From: an uncultured Candidatus Saccharibacteria bacterium
Lineage (GTDB): Bacteria; Patescibacteriota; Minisyncoccia; Phycocordibacterales; WO2-35-19
Assembly: GCA_964489135.1 (NCBI GenBank)
Contig: CAZAXK010000002.1
Location: 25,692-89,691, forward strand
DNA length: 64,000 nucleotides
Direction of reading: 5' to 3'
This document shows positions 1 through 9,657 of the stretch, one piece after another. A program made the position numbers and the translations under genes. Position 1 is the stretch's first letter. Each line of letters starts with the position of its first letter. The notes beneath the pieces are model-generated. The model had not been told where the DNA came from, made no database searches, and saw only the letters and a list, made by a program, of their open reading frames with translations.

Positions 1-142
1 CACCCTCTTCTTTTTCCTTGATATAAGAGAGGATAAGACCCTTCTGTTGAAGAGCCTTAATCGCGCTTTCCACACCAAAAGCTTCTATCTCCCCCTCTTC
101 CTTGGCTCCCGACTGGTTTATGGCTTTGAAAACGAAAATCAT
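1..142 (-). CDS. pilC: Type II secretion system F family / PilC platform protein, N-terminal part (runs off window start)
   Basis: Manual translation from ATG at 142 gives MIFVFKAINQSGAKEEGEIEAFGVESAIKALQQKGLILSYIKE, a typical PilC N-terminus. Directly downstream of pilT. Confidence 0.8.
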   Translation of the reverse strand, partial: MIFVFKAINQSGAKEEGEIEAFGVESAIKALQQKGLILSYIKEKEEG

Positions 143-147
143 TTTGG

Positions 148-1197
148 TTAGAGCATTTTCTCGAGCACACGAGGATTATTGGAATAAAGGTAAGCATTTT
201 CCACAGAAATCTCTCCGGCTTGCACCCGACTAACCAAGCACCGGTTGAAGTCGATCATGCCTTCCTGAGATCCTGTCTCGATTACGGTCGCAAGCTCATG
301 GGTTCGTTTGTCTCGTATAAGGTTCGCTACTGCCGGCGTGTTCAACATAAGTTCAAAACAAGGTATAAGCCCACCAGACACGCGAGGCAAGAGACGTTGA
401 GAAAATATACCGGAAAGCGAAGATGCCAGCTGAAGTCGGATCTGGTTTTGTTGATTGGGCGGGAAAGAATCGAGTATACGATCCACTGTCTGAGCCGCGT
501 TGTTGGTGTGAAGTGTAGAAAATACCAAATGTCCGGTCTCGGCCGCACTTACGGCAGTAGACATCGTTTCCGGATCCCGCATCTCACCCACCATTATGAC
601 ATTGACATCAGCCCGGAAGGAATCATGAAGTCCAGCCGCAAAGCTCGGGGTATCAATGCCCACCTCTCTCTGATGGATAATCGATTTATTTTGAATAAAG
701 AGGTACTCGATCGGGTCTTCGATCGTAATAATATTTTCTAGCCGGTCATTGTTGATTGAATTGACGAGTGATGCGAGCGTAGTCGATTTGCCGTGGCCAG
801 TAGGCCCAACCACCAGAAAGAATCCGGCTTTAAGTCTGGCAAAATTCTCGAGAGACTCTGGCAGGTTCAGTTCGGCAATGGTAGGGATTTTGCTTTGAAT
901 ATGCCTGAAGGCCATACAGATTTTTTGGCTATCAAGAAAGGCGTGCGCCCTAAACCGCTCCCCTTTATGAGTATAGGCAAAGTCGGCACTTTGATTCTTT
1001 TCGAAATATTCTCGTCGATCTGCGCGCAGGACGCTATTCAAAATTTTCTCCGTGTCCGTCTTAGACAATGGGCCATACTTTGATAGAGGGACCAAAGAAC
1101 CAGAGATCCTGACGTACGGCACGCGATCCTCCGAAAGATGCAGATCAGAAGCGCCTTCCTTTACCACAAGGTCAATCAGATTGTCGATTTCAACCAT
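148..1197 (-). CDS. pilT: Type IV pilus retraction ATPase PilT
   Basis: ASDLHL, Walker A GPTGHGKSTT, TIEDPIE, HQREVG, VGEMRD, AETGHLVFSTLHTN. Confidence 0.95.
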   Translation of the reverse strand: MVEIDNLIDLVVKEGASDLHLSEDRVPYVRISGSLVPLSKYGPLSKTDTEKILNSVLRADRREYFEKNQSADFAYTHKGERFRAHAFLDSQKICMAFRHIQSKIPTIAELNLPESLENFARLKAGFFLVVGPTGHGKSTTLASLVNSINNDRLENIITIEDPIEYLFIQNKSIIHQREVGIDTPSFAAGLHDSFRADVNVIMVGEMRDPETMSTAVSAAETGHLVFSTLHTNNAAQTVDRILDSFPPNQQNQIRLQLASSLSGIFSQRLLPRVSGGLIPCFELMLNTPAVANLIRDKRTHELATVIETGSQEGMIDFNRCLVSRVQAGEISVENAYLYSNNPRVLEKML

Positions 1198-1199
1198 AA

Positions 1200-1598
1200 T
1201 TATTTTGGGCTAAATTTCTTCATAATTTTGAGAGCTTGTTCGACAACTTCACTCGGCGTAGCGGAAGCCTTGATAAGATACCCAGCCACCCCCAGAGCAT
1301 CCGCTCGTTTGGTATCCCCTTCCTCACTTTGGTTGGTGAGCATGACGATCGGAATATCTTCAGCTAGATTATTCTTCCTTATATGTTCGAGAGTTTCGAG
1401 GCCATCAAGCTCAGGCAGGACTATATCGAGCAAAATCAAGTCTGCGGTTTCGCCCGCGTTCAACTTTTCTATAAGTTCTTTGCCCGATTTGCAAACCACC
1501 ACCGACACGTCGCTCGTGGCAAACTTGTGCGAATACATATCTACCAAGAAATCGTCGTCATCAACTATTATTATTTTGTTCTTTTTGTCCTCACTCAT
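1200..1598 (-). CDS. Stand-alone response regulator (receiver domain only)
   Basis: IIIVDDD, LILLDIVLPELDG, MLTN, YLIK motifs; 132 aa with no output domain. Confidence 0.9.
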   Translation of the reverse strand: MSEDKKNKIIIVDDDDFLVDMYSHKFATSDVSVVVCKSGKELIEKLNAGETADLILLDIVLPELDGLETLEHIRKNNLAEDIPIVMLTNQSEEGDTKRADALGVAGYLIKASATPSEVVEQALKIMKKFSPK

Positions 1599-1633
1599 AA
1601 GATCAATATAGCATTTCGAGAGTTACGAAACCA

Positions 1634-3421
1634 TTACAAAGTGTTGACTTCCTCGAATGGTATCTTGCGTTCGAAGGCCTTTATAATCGCGTCTTCCTTC
1701 ATCGTCATCATGCCTTTACTACGCGCATACTTCCATATCTCTTGCTCAGTGGGATTTTTGAGAATTATCTGCTCCATATCGCGATCCACCTCAAGAACTT
1801 CCATGACCGCCACACGGCCCCTTACCCCGTTTGGACAGTCCGGACCGGGCGAAATTTCATAGACCTCTTTGCCAAACTTGACTTCTTTTTTATAAATATC
1901 GGGCAAATCTTCAAATTCTTTCTTTATCATGATTTCGATTCCGCCCTCCACCTTGATCGGCTTGCCAGCGCCAGGGCAAAGCGAACGTACCAGTCGCTGA
2001 GCGATAGTCATAGCCAAAGTCGGCGCAATGAGGTATGGGTCGACACCCATGTCCACCAATCGAGGAACAACCCCAATAGCGTTGTTGGTGTGGATGGTCG
2101 AGAGCACCAAGTGGCCGGTAAGCGCCGCTTGGATAGCAAGCTGAGCAGTCTCCTTGTCTCGAATCTCACCCACCATGATAATATCGGGGTCTTGACGCAA
2201 GGTTGTGCGCAACCCATCAGCAAAGGTGTAGCCGATCTCCGGCCGGACTTGCGATTGGCTTAGCCCGTCGATATTGTATTCGATCGGATCTTCGAGAGAC
2301 AGCACGTTCTTGTGATCTTTGTCCACCTCGTTGACCATCGAATAAAGAGTGGTGGACTTTCCGCTTCCAGTCGGTCCGGATATCAGGATAAGACCATAAG
2401 GCCTATCAAGCACGGCCCTGATTCTTTTTAGGTTCTTCTCGGTAAGCCCGAGGTCCTCAAGTTTCAAAACTCCTTTGGCTTGGTCGAGGATACGGATCAC
2501 CACTTTCTCTCCGAAATAAGTTGGGAAGGTAGAAACACGAAAATCAACCTTCCTTTCATTTAGTTTGGCACTAAATCTTCCGTCCTGAGGTTTGCGCTTT
2601 TCATCGAGACGCATGTTCGACATGATTTTTATACGAGCAGCCACAGCCGAATGAACTCTTGCCGGCAAGACCAAGCTTGTGTTCATCACACCATCAATAC
2701 GGAATCGTACTCGAACATTGGTGGCTGTCGGCTCGATATGGATGTCGGAAGCCCGACCATCGATAGCATAGCGCAACATCGTAGCCACGATCTTGGTCAC
2801 CGGCGCACTCTCAACCATCTTGGCCCCATCGGCTCGATCAGCATCAGAAAGGTCGGTCTGGACACCAGTTTCTGTTTCTTGTTCGGCTTCTTTTTCTCCT
2901 TCTTTACCTGCTTTGGCGTTTGTGGTTTGTTCCTTTTCACTAGACTCGGTCACAAATTCAGTTTCGAGCTCCGTTAAGGCCTTGGTCACCTCGCCCGAGA
3001 GACCCTTGTAGAGCGCTATAACTTTCTGAAAATCTTCTTCGGAAATGAGAAAGAGCTTGAAAGGCAAATTTATTTTGGACGAAATAAAGTTCAGTGCATC
3101 CCGAGCAGATATGTTGTCCGGATCTGTTATGCCCACTTCCAACACACCCTGAGATAGGCCAAGCGGAACAAATTTATAATAAACGGCGGCTTCCTCTGGT
3201 ATATAATCCAGAATCTTCCCAGTTATCTTGGAAACATCAATTGGCATTATAGGTACGCCATAATATTCCGCCTTGGCACGTAAAAGGTCTTGTGCATCGA
3301 CGCCCATCGAAATAAGAATGTCTTCCATAGGCGCGCTGCTGCCAGCAACTTTTTGCTTAATTGCGGACAAATCTTTCTGCTCGATTATGCCCTGTTTTAC
3401 CAAAACATCTAGTACACTCAT
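1634..3421 (-). CDS. pilB: Type IV pilus assembly ATPase PilB / GspE family
   Basis: ASDIHIEP, RFRIDG, PQDGRF, GPTGSGKSTTLY, EDPIEY, LRQDPDIIMVGEIRD. Confidence 0.95.
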   Translation of the reverse strand: MSVLDVLVKQGIIEQKDLSAIKQKVAGSSAPMEDILISMGVDAQDLLRAKAEYYGVPIMPIDVSKITGKILDYIPEEAAVYYKFVPLGLSQGVLEVGITDPDNISARDALNFISSKINLPFKLFLISEEDFQKVIALYKGLSGEVTKALTELETEFVTESSEKEQTTNAKAGKEGEKEAEQETETGVQTDLSDADRADGAKMVESAPVTKIVATMLRYAIDGRASDIHIEPTATNVRVRFRIDGVMNTSLVLPARVHSAVAARIKIMSNMRLDEKRKPQDGRFSAKLNERKVDFRVSTFPTYFGEKVVIRILDQAKGVLKLEDLGLTEKNLKRIRAVLDRPYGLILISGPTGSGKSTTLYSMVNEVDKDHKNVLSLEDPIEYNIDGLSQSQVRPEIGYTFADGLRTTLRQDPDIIMVGEIRDKETAQLAIQAALTGHLVLSTIHTNNAIGVVPRLVDMGVDPYLIAPTLAMTIAQRLVRSLCPGAGKPIKVEGGIEIMIKKEFEDLPDIYKKEVKFGKEVYEISPGPDCPNGVRGRVAVMEVLEVDRDMEQIILKNPTEQEIWKYARSKGMMTMKEDAIIKAFERKIPFEEVNTL

Positions 3422-3437
3422 TTTTTATTTTGTTACT

Positions 3438-3722
3438 TTATCTGCCGACCACAGCCGCAAAAGGATTGATGCGACCTAGAGGAACAACGGGAAGCTTAGT
3501 TTCAATACTAGTGAAAGTCCCAAATTTGGGATCTTGAAATACCGCTAAATCCAAATTGATTTGCTCTATCTTGGTCCAGTTCTCCTCTATCTTTGGGCTA
3601 AGAACCAAATTTTCCGGTTTCTCGATTGGTTTGACAAAGTTGACTTTGTATAAAATGGACAAACCACCAACTAAAACAGCGATGAGAACATTAAGGTTTT
3701 TGCGTTTTTTGACTGGGGGCAT
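3438..3722 (-). CDS. Small membrane-anchored pilus-operon protein (PilP position)
   Basis: N-terminal TM helix and C-terminal GRINPF; lies between pilO and pilB. Confidence 0.6.
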   Translation of the reverse strand: MPPVKKRKNLNVLIAVLVGGLSILYKVNFVKPIEKPENLVLSPKIEENWTKIEQINLDLAVFQDPKFGTFTSIETKLPVVPLGRINPFAAVVGR

Positions 3723-3731
3723 GTGCGTGAA

Positions 3732-4274
3732 TTAGTTGGACCAATAAGTATCAAGCGAGACGTCGTATTTATAAATACCCTTATCACCGGAGGAAACTTT
3801 GACGGTCTTTATGTCCATAATCCGAAGACTTCTTTCTAAGTCGTTCATGAAATCGTTGAATTTATCGTAAGTGGCAGAAAACTCGAAAGATATGGTGGCC
3901 GATTTGTAGCTACTTTGCATTTGCTCCGCCTCTTCTACCGAACCAGCCGCGGCAGAATTGTCGGTCGAAGAAATCTGTTTGAGAGAGATTCCATGTCGAG
4001 ATGCGACAGCGTCAATATCAGCAACCAGTTTTACAAAATTCAACGAACTTGGAATCAGAGTCTCGATCTTGGTTGTGTCGGCCCCGCTCACACGATTGAA
4101 GTCGGCAAGCAGAGTGTTTTTTCTTGTTTCTATTTCGGTGGCTCGGGAAACCATTTCGGCGTAAGCCGACTTTTCATCCATGAGTACGGACAAGTCTTTG
4201 ACAGCAGGCATAGCAAAGGCGTAAGCCACGGAGACAGCTATGATTATGTATGAAAATGCAGAAGTTGAACTCAT
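3732..4274 (-). CDS. pilO: Type IV pilus alignment protein PilO-like
   Basis: N-terminal TM, coiled coil, then ATYDKFNDFMNDLERSLRIMDI ferredoxin-like PilO pattern; gene order pilM-N-O. Confidence 0.8.
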   Translation of the reverse strand: MSSTSAFSYIIIAVSVAYAFAMPAVKDLSVLMDEKSAYAEMVSRATEIETRKNTLLADFNRVSGADTTKIETLIPSSLNFVKLVADIDAVASRHGISLKQISSTDNSAAAGSVEEAEQMQSSYKSATISFEFSATYDKFNDFMNDLERSLRIMDIKTVKVSSGDKGIYKYDVSLDTYWSN

Positions 4275-4283
4275 TTTGGTGTT

Positions 4284-4970
4284 TTATAGATCTTCAAAAT
4301 TAGGCATACTGGTATCAATCTCTTCTAGGCCGGTCACTGATACATCCTCGCTACTCTTGACTGCTCCCCCAGTCGTGCTACCAGTGGAGACATTTGGTGA
4401 ATAGACTGCAACGGATGGTTCGACGAGCAAAGTCACTTTGAAAGAAATGCGACCACCTTCGGTAGACGAAAGTTCCGAAAAATCAGCCGATTTTACTTCC
4501 TTCAGCTTGGACATCGCCTCGCCCTGCAACGCCAAGGTAGCGTAATTTGGAGCAATACCCGAAAGACTGATACTAAGCTCCCCCGTCGGTAGGAAGCGAT
4601 AGCTTAGCTCGTTGAAACTAACTGTCTGAACAGTGTTGTCTGCAAGCAGGGACAGAAAATTGGTTACGACTTTGTGTTTGACCACAACCTCTCGGCTGGC
4701 CGAAAGCTTTTTGCTGAAAGCAAACATCTTGTCGATCGTCGACACATCGACACTCTCTTCAGCCAAAGCAAGTTCAGATTTGAGATCGGTGATCGAGCTT
4801 TTGACCACTTGCTTATAACCAATAACCCCTACGGTCAATAATAAGACGCCCAGGAAAAGCAAGAGAGCAAGCACTCCAAACAACCCAGTTGAACCTCTGC
4901 GCGTCGTTTCTGTCGGCACATACCCGCCAACCCCTTTGGGAATAAACGATGATTGAAAGCTGTTTGCCAT
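4284..4970 (-). CDS. PilN-like pilus alignment protein
   Basis: SFIPK N-terminal motif, single TM, coiled coil, ISLSGIA; between pilM and pilO. Confidence 0.7.
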   Translation of the reverse strand: MANSFQSSFIPKGVGGYVPTETTRRGSTGLFGVLALLLFLGVLLLTVGVIGYKQVVKSSITDLKSELALAEESVDVSTIDKMFAFSKKLSASREVVVKHKVVTNFLSLLADNTVQTVSFNELSYRFLPTGELSISLSGIAPNYATLALQGEAMSKLKEVKSADFSELSSTEGGRISFKVTLLVEPSVAVYSPNVSTGSTTGGAVKSSEDVSVTGLEEIDTSMPNFEDL

Positions 4971-5047
4971 TTACAACAATTATACCTTATGCACACAAAA
5001 ACAAGTAAAATTACTTGTTGATTACTTTTCGATTTAGTACGTACCTC

Positions 5048-6145
5048 TTACCCTTCCTGCAAGGCGCGGAGAGCGCATCCAGCCGCCACAGCAAACTCCG
5101 GACCAGTTTGCCTCAAAATATTCTCCAAGAAGGCCGGAACTTCTATTTTTTCAAACGGATTGCCAGAAATCACCTCGACTTTGAAATTCTCTTGGGCCAA
5201 CTCTCTAAAACCTTTGAGAGCGGATCCGCCCCCAACCAAAAATACTGACTTGATATTGCGATTGTGCTTTTTCTGATAAGCAAAGAGAAAGCGGTTGGCT
5301 TCGGAGAAAATGAAGTCAGCGACGAGTCCAACTGCTTCCGACAAGTCGGCTCCGCTACTAACCTTCCCCATACCCACCGATCTCTTCATTACCTCCGCTT
5401 CTTCCATGGAGATATTTAGGATTCTTGCAATGTTTGCGGTTATCTCTTGCGAACCGCGGTTTATCGTATGCGAATACTCTACGACTCCTCGATCGATTAG
5501 ATAAAGCTTGGTGGTGGATGCCCCCATATCAAAAACCATTACCGGACCGGGCACCCCCTCAAGGATTGCCCGAATCGAGCTAAACACCTCTATCTCAAAG
5601 AATTTGGTATCGAGAGAAGTTTTGTTTACAATTTCTTTGTATTGATTGATTATGTTGTTGTGTATAGCGACTAGCAAGATCTCTACCGTTTTCTTCTGCG
5701 TATCGAATTTCTGTTCGTCTTCGTTTTCAACAGGCGGGATGATAGACCAATCGATTGCGACTTCACTCACCGGCACAGGAATATACTTCCGTGCCTCAAT
5801 CGGCACAATAGCTTCGAGCTCTTTGCGCCCAACATCGGGTAGCTCAATTACCGAAAGTAGACTCGCCCGAAAAGGTATGGCGATCCCACAAGTGCGGGTA
5901 GTGATAGCTACCTCCTTTTCAGCCAAGAGATCGCTCACCGCTTCGATGATCTTTTCGGTCGGCAAATTGACCGACTGACCAATCGTTGCCCCGCCGTATG
6001 GCCCGAGCGACAGCTCACCATAGGTCTCGAGAACCGCCGTTTCCCCCCTACGCTTCAACTGCACCACCTTTATCGAAGAAGAGCCGATGTCGATACCGAG
6101 TGCACTCGTTTCTTGCTTTTTGAAGATGCCTGAAAGAAAGCTCAT
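5048..6145 (-). CDS. pilM: Type IV pilus assembly protein PilM
   Basis: LGIDIGSSSIKVVQL, EARKYIP, FDMGASTT, LVGGGS actin-like motifs. Start moved to ATG 6145 to avoid overlap with comF. Confidence 0.92.
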   Translation of the reverse strand: MSFLSGIFKKQETSALGIDIGSSSIKVVQLKRRGETAVLETYGELSLGPYGGATIGQSVNLPTEKIIEAVSDLLAEKEVAITTRTCGIAIPFRASLLSVIELPDVGRKELEAIVPIEARKYIPVPVSEVAIDWSIIPPVENEDEQKFDTQKKTVEILLVAIHNNIINQYKEIVNKTSLDTKFFEIEVFSSIRAILEGVPGPVMVFDMGASTTKLYLIDRGVVEYSHTINRGSQEITANIARILNISMEEAEVMKRSVGMGKVSSGADLSEAVGLVADFIFSEANRFLFAYQKKHNRNIKSVFLVGGGSALKGFRELAQENFKVEVISGNPFEKIEVPAFLENILRQTGPEFAVAAGCALRALQEG

Positions 6146-6163
6146 ATATAGTATGATTATAAC

Positions 6164-6805
6164 ATGCGGAGTTTTATAGAAAAACTGCTCCAAGTGCTCA
6201 TTCCCGAGGAAAATCATCTCCGTAAGCTCCTTGCTCTTGAACCAGTTGCGCTGAGAACGATCCTGCCCGAGTCAAATATTTACGGGCAAGACCTCTCCGC
6301 CCTCTTCGACTATCAAAACAAGCTCGTAAGAATGTTGGTCAAAGCGGTTAAGTTTCGCAATAATCCAAGAGCTCGAAAAGTCGTGGCGGAACTTTTATGT
6401 GAAGACCTTTTGGAAATAACAAGCGATGCAAATCTGTTTAGCGGCGCGATTCCCATACTGGTCCCGATGCCAATGAGCAAAAAAGAGCGAGGCGAACGAG
6501 GCTACAACCAATGCGAAGAGTTGGTAAAAGAAATGACCAAAATATTTGGCTCGCAAGTGCGGACAGAGCTCGACCTATTGCAGAAAGTTCGCGATACAGA
6601 GCGCCAAGTACATCTTTCGCGCGAGGCCCGCACCAAGAACCTTGACCGATCAATGGAAGTTGTCGATCCGCACCAAATCCTAAAAGACAAAAGTGTGGTA
6701 GTACTCGACGACCTCTACACCACCGGCTCGACCTTTGCTGAAGCTCGCCGTGCCCTACTTCTAGGCGGAGCAAAGTCAGTCTACGGACTCTTTATCGCCC
6801 ACTGA
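6164..6805 (+). CDS. comF: ComF family competence protein (PRTase fold)
   Basis: LVPMP, ERGYNQ, R..NL, VVLDDLYTTGST. Confidence 0.88.
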   Translation: MRSFIEKLLQVLIPEENHLRKLLALEPVALRTILPESNIYGQDLSALFDYQNKLVRMLVKAVKFRNNPRARKVVAELLCEDLLEITSDANLFSGAIPILVPMPMSKKERGERGYNQCEELVKEMTKIFGSQVRTELDLLQKVRDTERQVHLSREARTKNLDRSMEVVDPHQILKDKSVVVLDDLYTTGSTFAEARRALLLGGAKSVYGLFIAH

Positions 6806-7531
6806 TTAGCCGAGGTTGCCGAGAAAAACTTTTTCTAAAATTCCTTTATTTATGATATCTTCCGGCCCACCCTCGACTACCACCCTGCCCTTATCGAGCA
6901 CATAGGCACGACTCGCAATTTCGAGCAGAGATTTGATATTGTGCTCTACCACCACAACTGCGATCTTTCTCCTTTCATTGATCTCTTTTATTTTCTGAAA
7001 AACTTCTTTGACAATCTTTGGCGCAAGCCCAAGAGAGGGTTCATCGAGAAGCAAAACCTTGGGGTCGATCATAAGTCCACGAGCGAGAGCCAGCATTTGT
7101 TGCTGGCCACCCGATAAGGAACCAGATTTATCCTTCAACTTTGATCGAAGCATTGGAAATATATCCAAGACCTCCTCTACCCTTTTCGCAATAATCTTAT
7201 TGTCTTTGACTGCATAGCCACCGACTTCCAAATTCTCCTTGACCGTCAGGTGATGAAAAACCCTTCTACCTTGCGGCACGAAAGAAATACCCCTCTCCAC
7301 CATTTCGTAAGACACTGGCCTTACCTCTTGCTCGTGCCAAAAGACCTTGCCTTTCTCTATCGGGGCAAGCCCAAAGATGGATTTCAGTATTGTAGACTTG
7401 CCAGCGCCATTCGGCCCCATGAGCGCTACTATCTCCGCTTCGTCGACTTGCACACTTGCTCCATCAAGTGCCTTCACTCCGCCATAGTGGACGTGTATAT
7501 CTTGGACTTTGAGTAAAATTTCTTTATTCAT
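6806..7531 (-). CDS. livF: Branched-chain amino acid (LIV) ABC transporter ATPase LivF
   Basis: GPNGAGKST, VPQGRRVF, LSGGQQQMLA, LLLDEPSLGLAP, VEHN. Confidence 0.92.
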   Translation of the reverse strand: MNKEILLKVQDIHVHYGGVKALDGASVQVDEAEIVALMGPNGAGKSTILKSIFGLAPIEKGKVFWHEQEVRPVSYEMVERGISFVPQGRRVFHHLTVKENLEVGGYAVKDNKIIAKRVEEVLDIFPMLRSKLKDKSGSLSGGQQQMLALARGLMIDPKVLLLDEPSLGLAPKIVKEVFQKIKEINERRKIAVVVVEHNIKSLLEIASRAYVLDKGRVVVEGGPEDIINKGILEKVFLGNLG

Positions 7532-8365
7532 TTAAATTATCTCGTCCTTATTGAGAATTTCTCTAATCGCTTTATTATGATCAAGTTTGCTACCACCCGC
7601 TTTCACAAACTCGAACATATCTTTAAGAAATCCGGTCATATCAGCATTGGTGATTTCGATTGCAACCTCGTCATGCCAGTTAATAATAAGGGTTGTGGTC
7701 TTAAAAATCCAAATCTCTGCATCATGATTAAAAAATTTATCCGGAAATATTGTGTAATCTGCCATGCGACCTTCCAAACTCTGAACAGCATCGGCGTGTT
7801 TTTTGGGGTTGGCTTTTATTTCTTCTCTGTAATCAGTATAGGCACTTTTATTGAGCATGCCGTCAACAATGATGTTGTTTTTCTTTATAGCCTCATTGAA
7901 CTCAACCAATTGTTTTGGGGAAATCTTCTCAATGAGTTCATTCCAAGATCGATGATGCTGGATAGCTCGTATCCTTTCGTTTTTATTTTCTGCCGCAATT
8001 CTTTCATAAGCGGGTATGATCTCTTTGGTACCTACATGGATAATAAATTCATCTCCCTTTGAGATTTTTATTTTTGCTCCCTTTTTATCTTTATTCGCGA
8101 TCTCAATCTCTTCGAGAGTACTTTTGATTTTTTGCGACAAGCCCTCTAGAGAAATCGCGTGATAGGTTCTCCTTTTGCCAACTATAGTACATTTTACCAA
8201 ACCATTATTTACCAGATTTTTTAGAACGTGGTTGATGCCGGTACGAGAAATACCACTCTCCCGCGCTATGTTCTGCACACTCTTGGGACTATGGAGAATG
8301 TTTAACACAGCGGTCTCCGTACTAGTAAGATTAAATATTTTGAATGGTTTACCATGCCAATCCAT
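7532..8365 (-). CDS. Winged-HTH transcriptional regulator, TrmB-like
   Basis: N-terminal wHTH (SVQNIARESGISRTGINHVLKNLVNNGLV) and a C-terminal effector-like domain (EIWIF..TLIINW..VAIEITN...F). Confidence 0.7.
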   Translation of the reverse strand: MDWHGKPFKIFNLTSTETAVLNILHSPKSVQNIARESGISRTGINHVLKNLVNNGLVKCTIVGKRRTYHAISLEGLSQKIKSTLEEIEIANKDKKGAKIKISKGDEFIIHVGTKEIIPAYERIAAENKNERIRAIQHHRSWNELIEKISPKQLVEFNEAIKKNNIIVDGMLNKSAYTDYREEIKANPKKHADAVQSLEGRMADYTIFPDKFFNHDAEIWIFKTTTLIINWHDEVAIEITNADMTGFLKDMFEFVKAGGSKLDHNKAIREILNKDEII

Positions 8366-8371
8366 ATGCTA

Positions 8372-8400
8372 ATACTATAATATAACTAAAAAATAGTCAA
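8372..8400 (-). promoter_or_regulatory. Sigma70-type promoter of the TrmB-like gene (probably leaderless mRNA)
   Basis: TTGACT-17 nt-TAGTAT on the minus strand, ending 6 nt before the ATG. Confidence 0.5.
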
Positions 8401-8532
8401 ATTCATATGCTGATATCACCTTATTTTCTAAGTATATTTTCAGCATTGGCCTAATTATTTCATTTGACATTATAAAATTTAGATTGTTCGGTATAATTAC
8501 TTTTAATTTAATAGTTATTGCTCAAATAAATA

Positions 8533-9651
8533 ATGCATAAACTCAAAACTCCCGTTTTAATTAGCGTGATATTAATAACAATAATCGGCGCTGTTTATCT
8601 TGGGGAAGATAAGAATGAAAACACAGAAGGCCTGAGGATCGGTACAATCATGTCTCTTACCGGAGATTTTGGTGCAGTTGGCGAAAATACCCTAAAAGGT
8701 ATACGAGTGGCACAAGAGGTTTATAAAGAAAAAACAGGAAACCATGTAGACATCGTCGTTGAAGATGATGGTGGCGATGGAGCAAAGGGTTTGAGTGCAT
8801 ATCGCAAACTTATTACTCAAGATCATGTCCAAGGTCTCATCAACTTTTTCACTACCACAATGGATTCTATTTATGAACCATCAAAGAAAGCTGGCTTTCC
8901 CATAATGATGGTCGCATTTCAAGCGAACAATGTCGGAGACGATCATGTATTTCAGATGACCGGCGGAAATGCCAATGTCTGGGATAGATTTTCGGCCTAC
9001 ATAAAAAGTGCTGGGTTCAATGAATCGAAAGTGGTTGTTGTCCACTCTACCGATGCGGCACAAGAGTCTTTTGCCAAAATGTTTGTTGCCGAATATGGTA
9101 AACCGGTAAGCACAATCGTTGCTTCGTCCGACAAAAATACCTTACGAACTGACGCGACAAAAATTGCTGCCCTTAAACCAAACCTGATTGTCATTATTAT
9201 GACTCCGGAAAATGGAGCAATCCTTACCAAGGAACTTTTACCCCTCATCAATCCATCAACGCAACTTGTTTATGACATCCAACTTACCACAGGAACAACC
9301 TTCTACGAGGATCAGCTAGGAGGTAGTCTTTCGAAAATCAAAGGGGCAATTGCCTTAGGAATGGAAGGCGATCCTACCTCTTCTGCATATAAGGAGTTCT
9401 ATGACGCATTCAAGAAAGTGTATCCGAATGAAGAGCCAGGATTCCTGGCCGACTATGGATATGACACATTCTTGACCTACGTAAATACATACAATAGCGA
9501 TAATTCTAAGTGGATAGAGAATCTCGAAAAGATTGACGCTAAAGGCGCAAGTGGCGATATCGTATTCGATAAGAATGGTATTCGTTTCCCCCCGCTTGTC
9601 ATCAAGGAAGTGGTCGATGGTAAGTTGCAGACAATTTCGAGACTTCCCTAA
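8533..9651 (+). CDS. LivK-like ABC substrate-binding protein (SBP 7)
   Basis: Signal anchor, RIGTIMSLTG, VEDD, YGYD, GASGDIVFD. Confidence 0.88.
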   Translation: MHKLKTPVLISVILITIIGAVYLGEDKNENTEGLRIGTIMSLTGDFGAVGENTLKGIRVAQEVYKEKTGNHVDIVVEDDGGDGAKGLSAYRKLITQDHVQGLINFFTTTMDSIYEPSKKAGFPIMMVAFQANNVGDDHVFQMTGGNANVWDRFSAYIKSAGFNESKVVVVHSTDAAQESFAKMFVAEYGKPVSTIVASSDKNTLRTDATKIAALKPNLIVIIMTPENGAILTKELLPLINPSTQLVYDIQLTTGTTFYEDQLGGSLSKIKGAIALGMEGDPTSSAYKEFYDAFKKVYPNEEPGFLADYGYDTFLTYVNTYNSDNSKWIENLEKIDAKGASGDIVFDKNGIRFPPLVIKEVVDGKLQTISRLP

Positions 9652-9657
9652 GATAAT

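Noticed and set aside
6803-6805. Genetic code 25 (TGA read as Gly)
   Set aside because: comF and both HIT genes end at TGA at sensible positions, and core genes are uninterrupted under code 11
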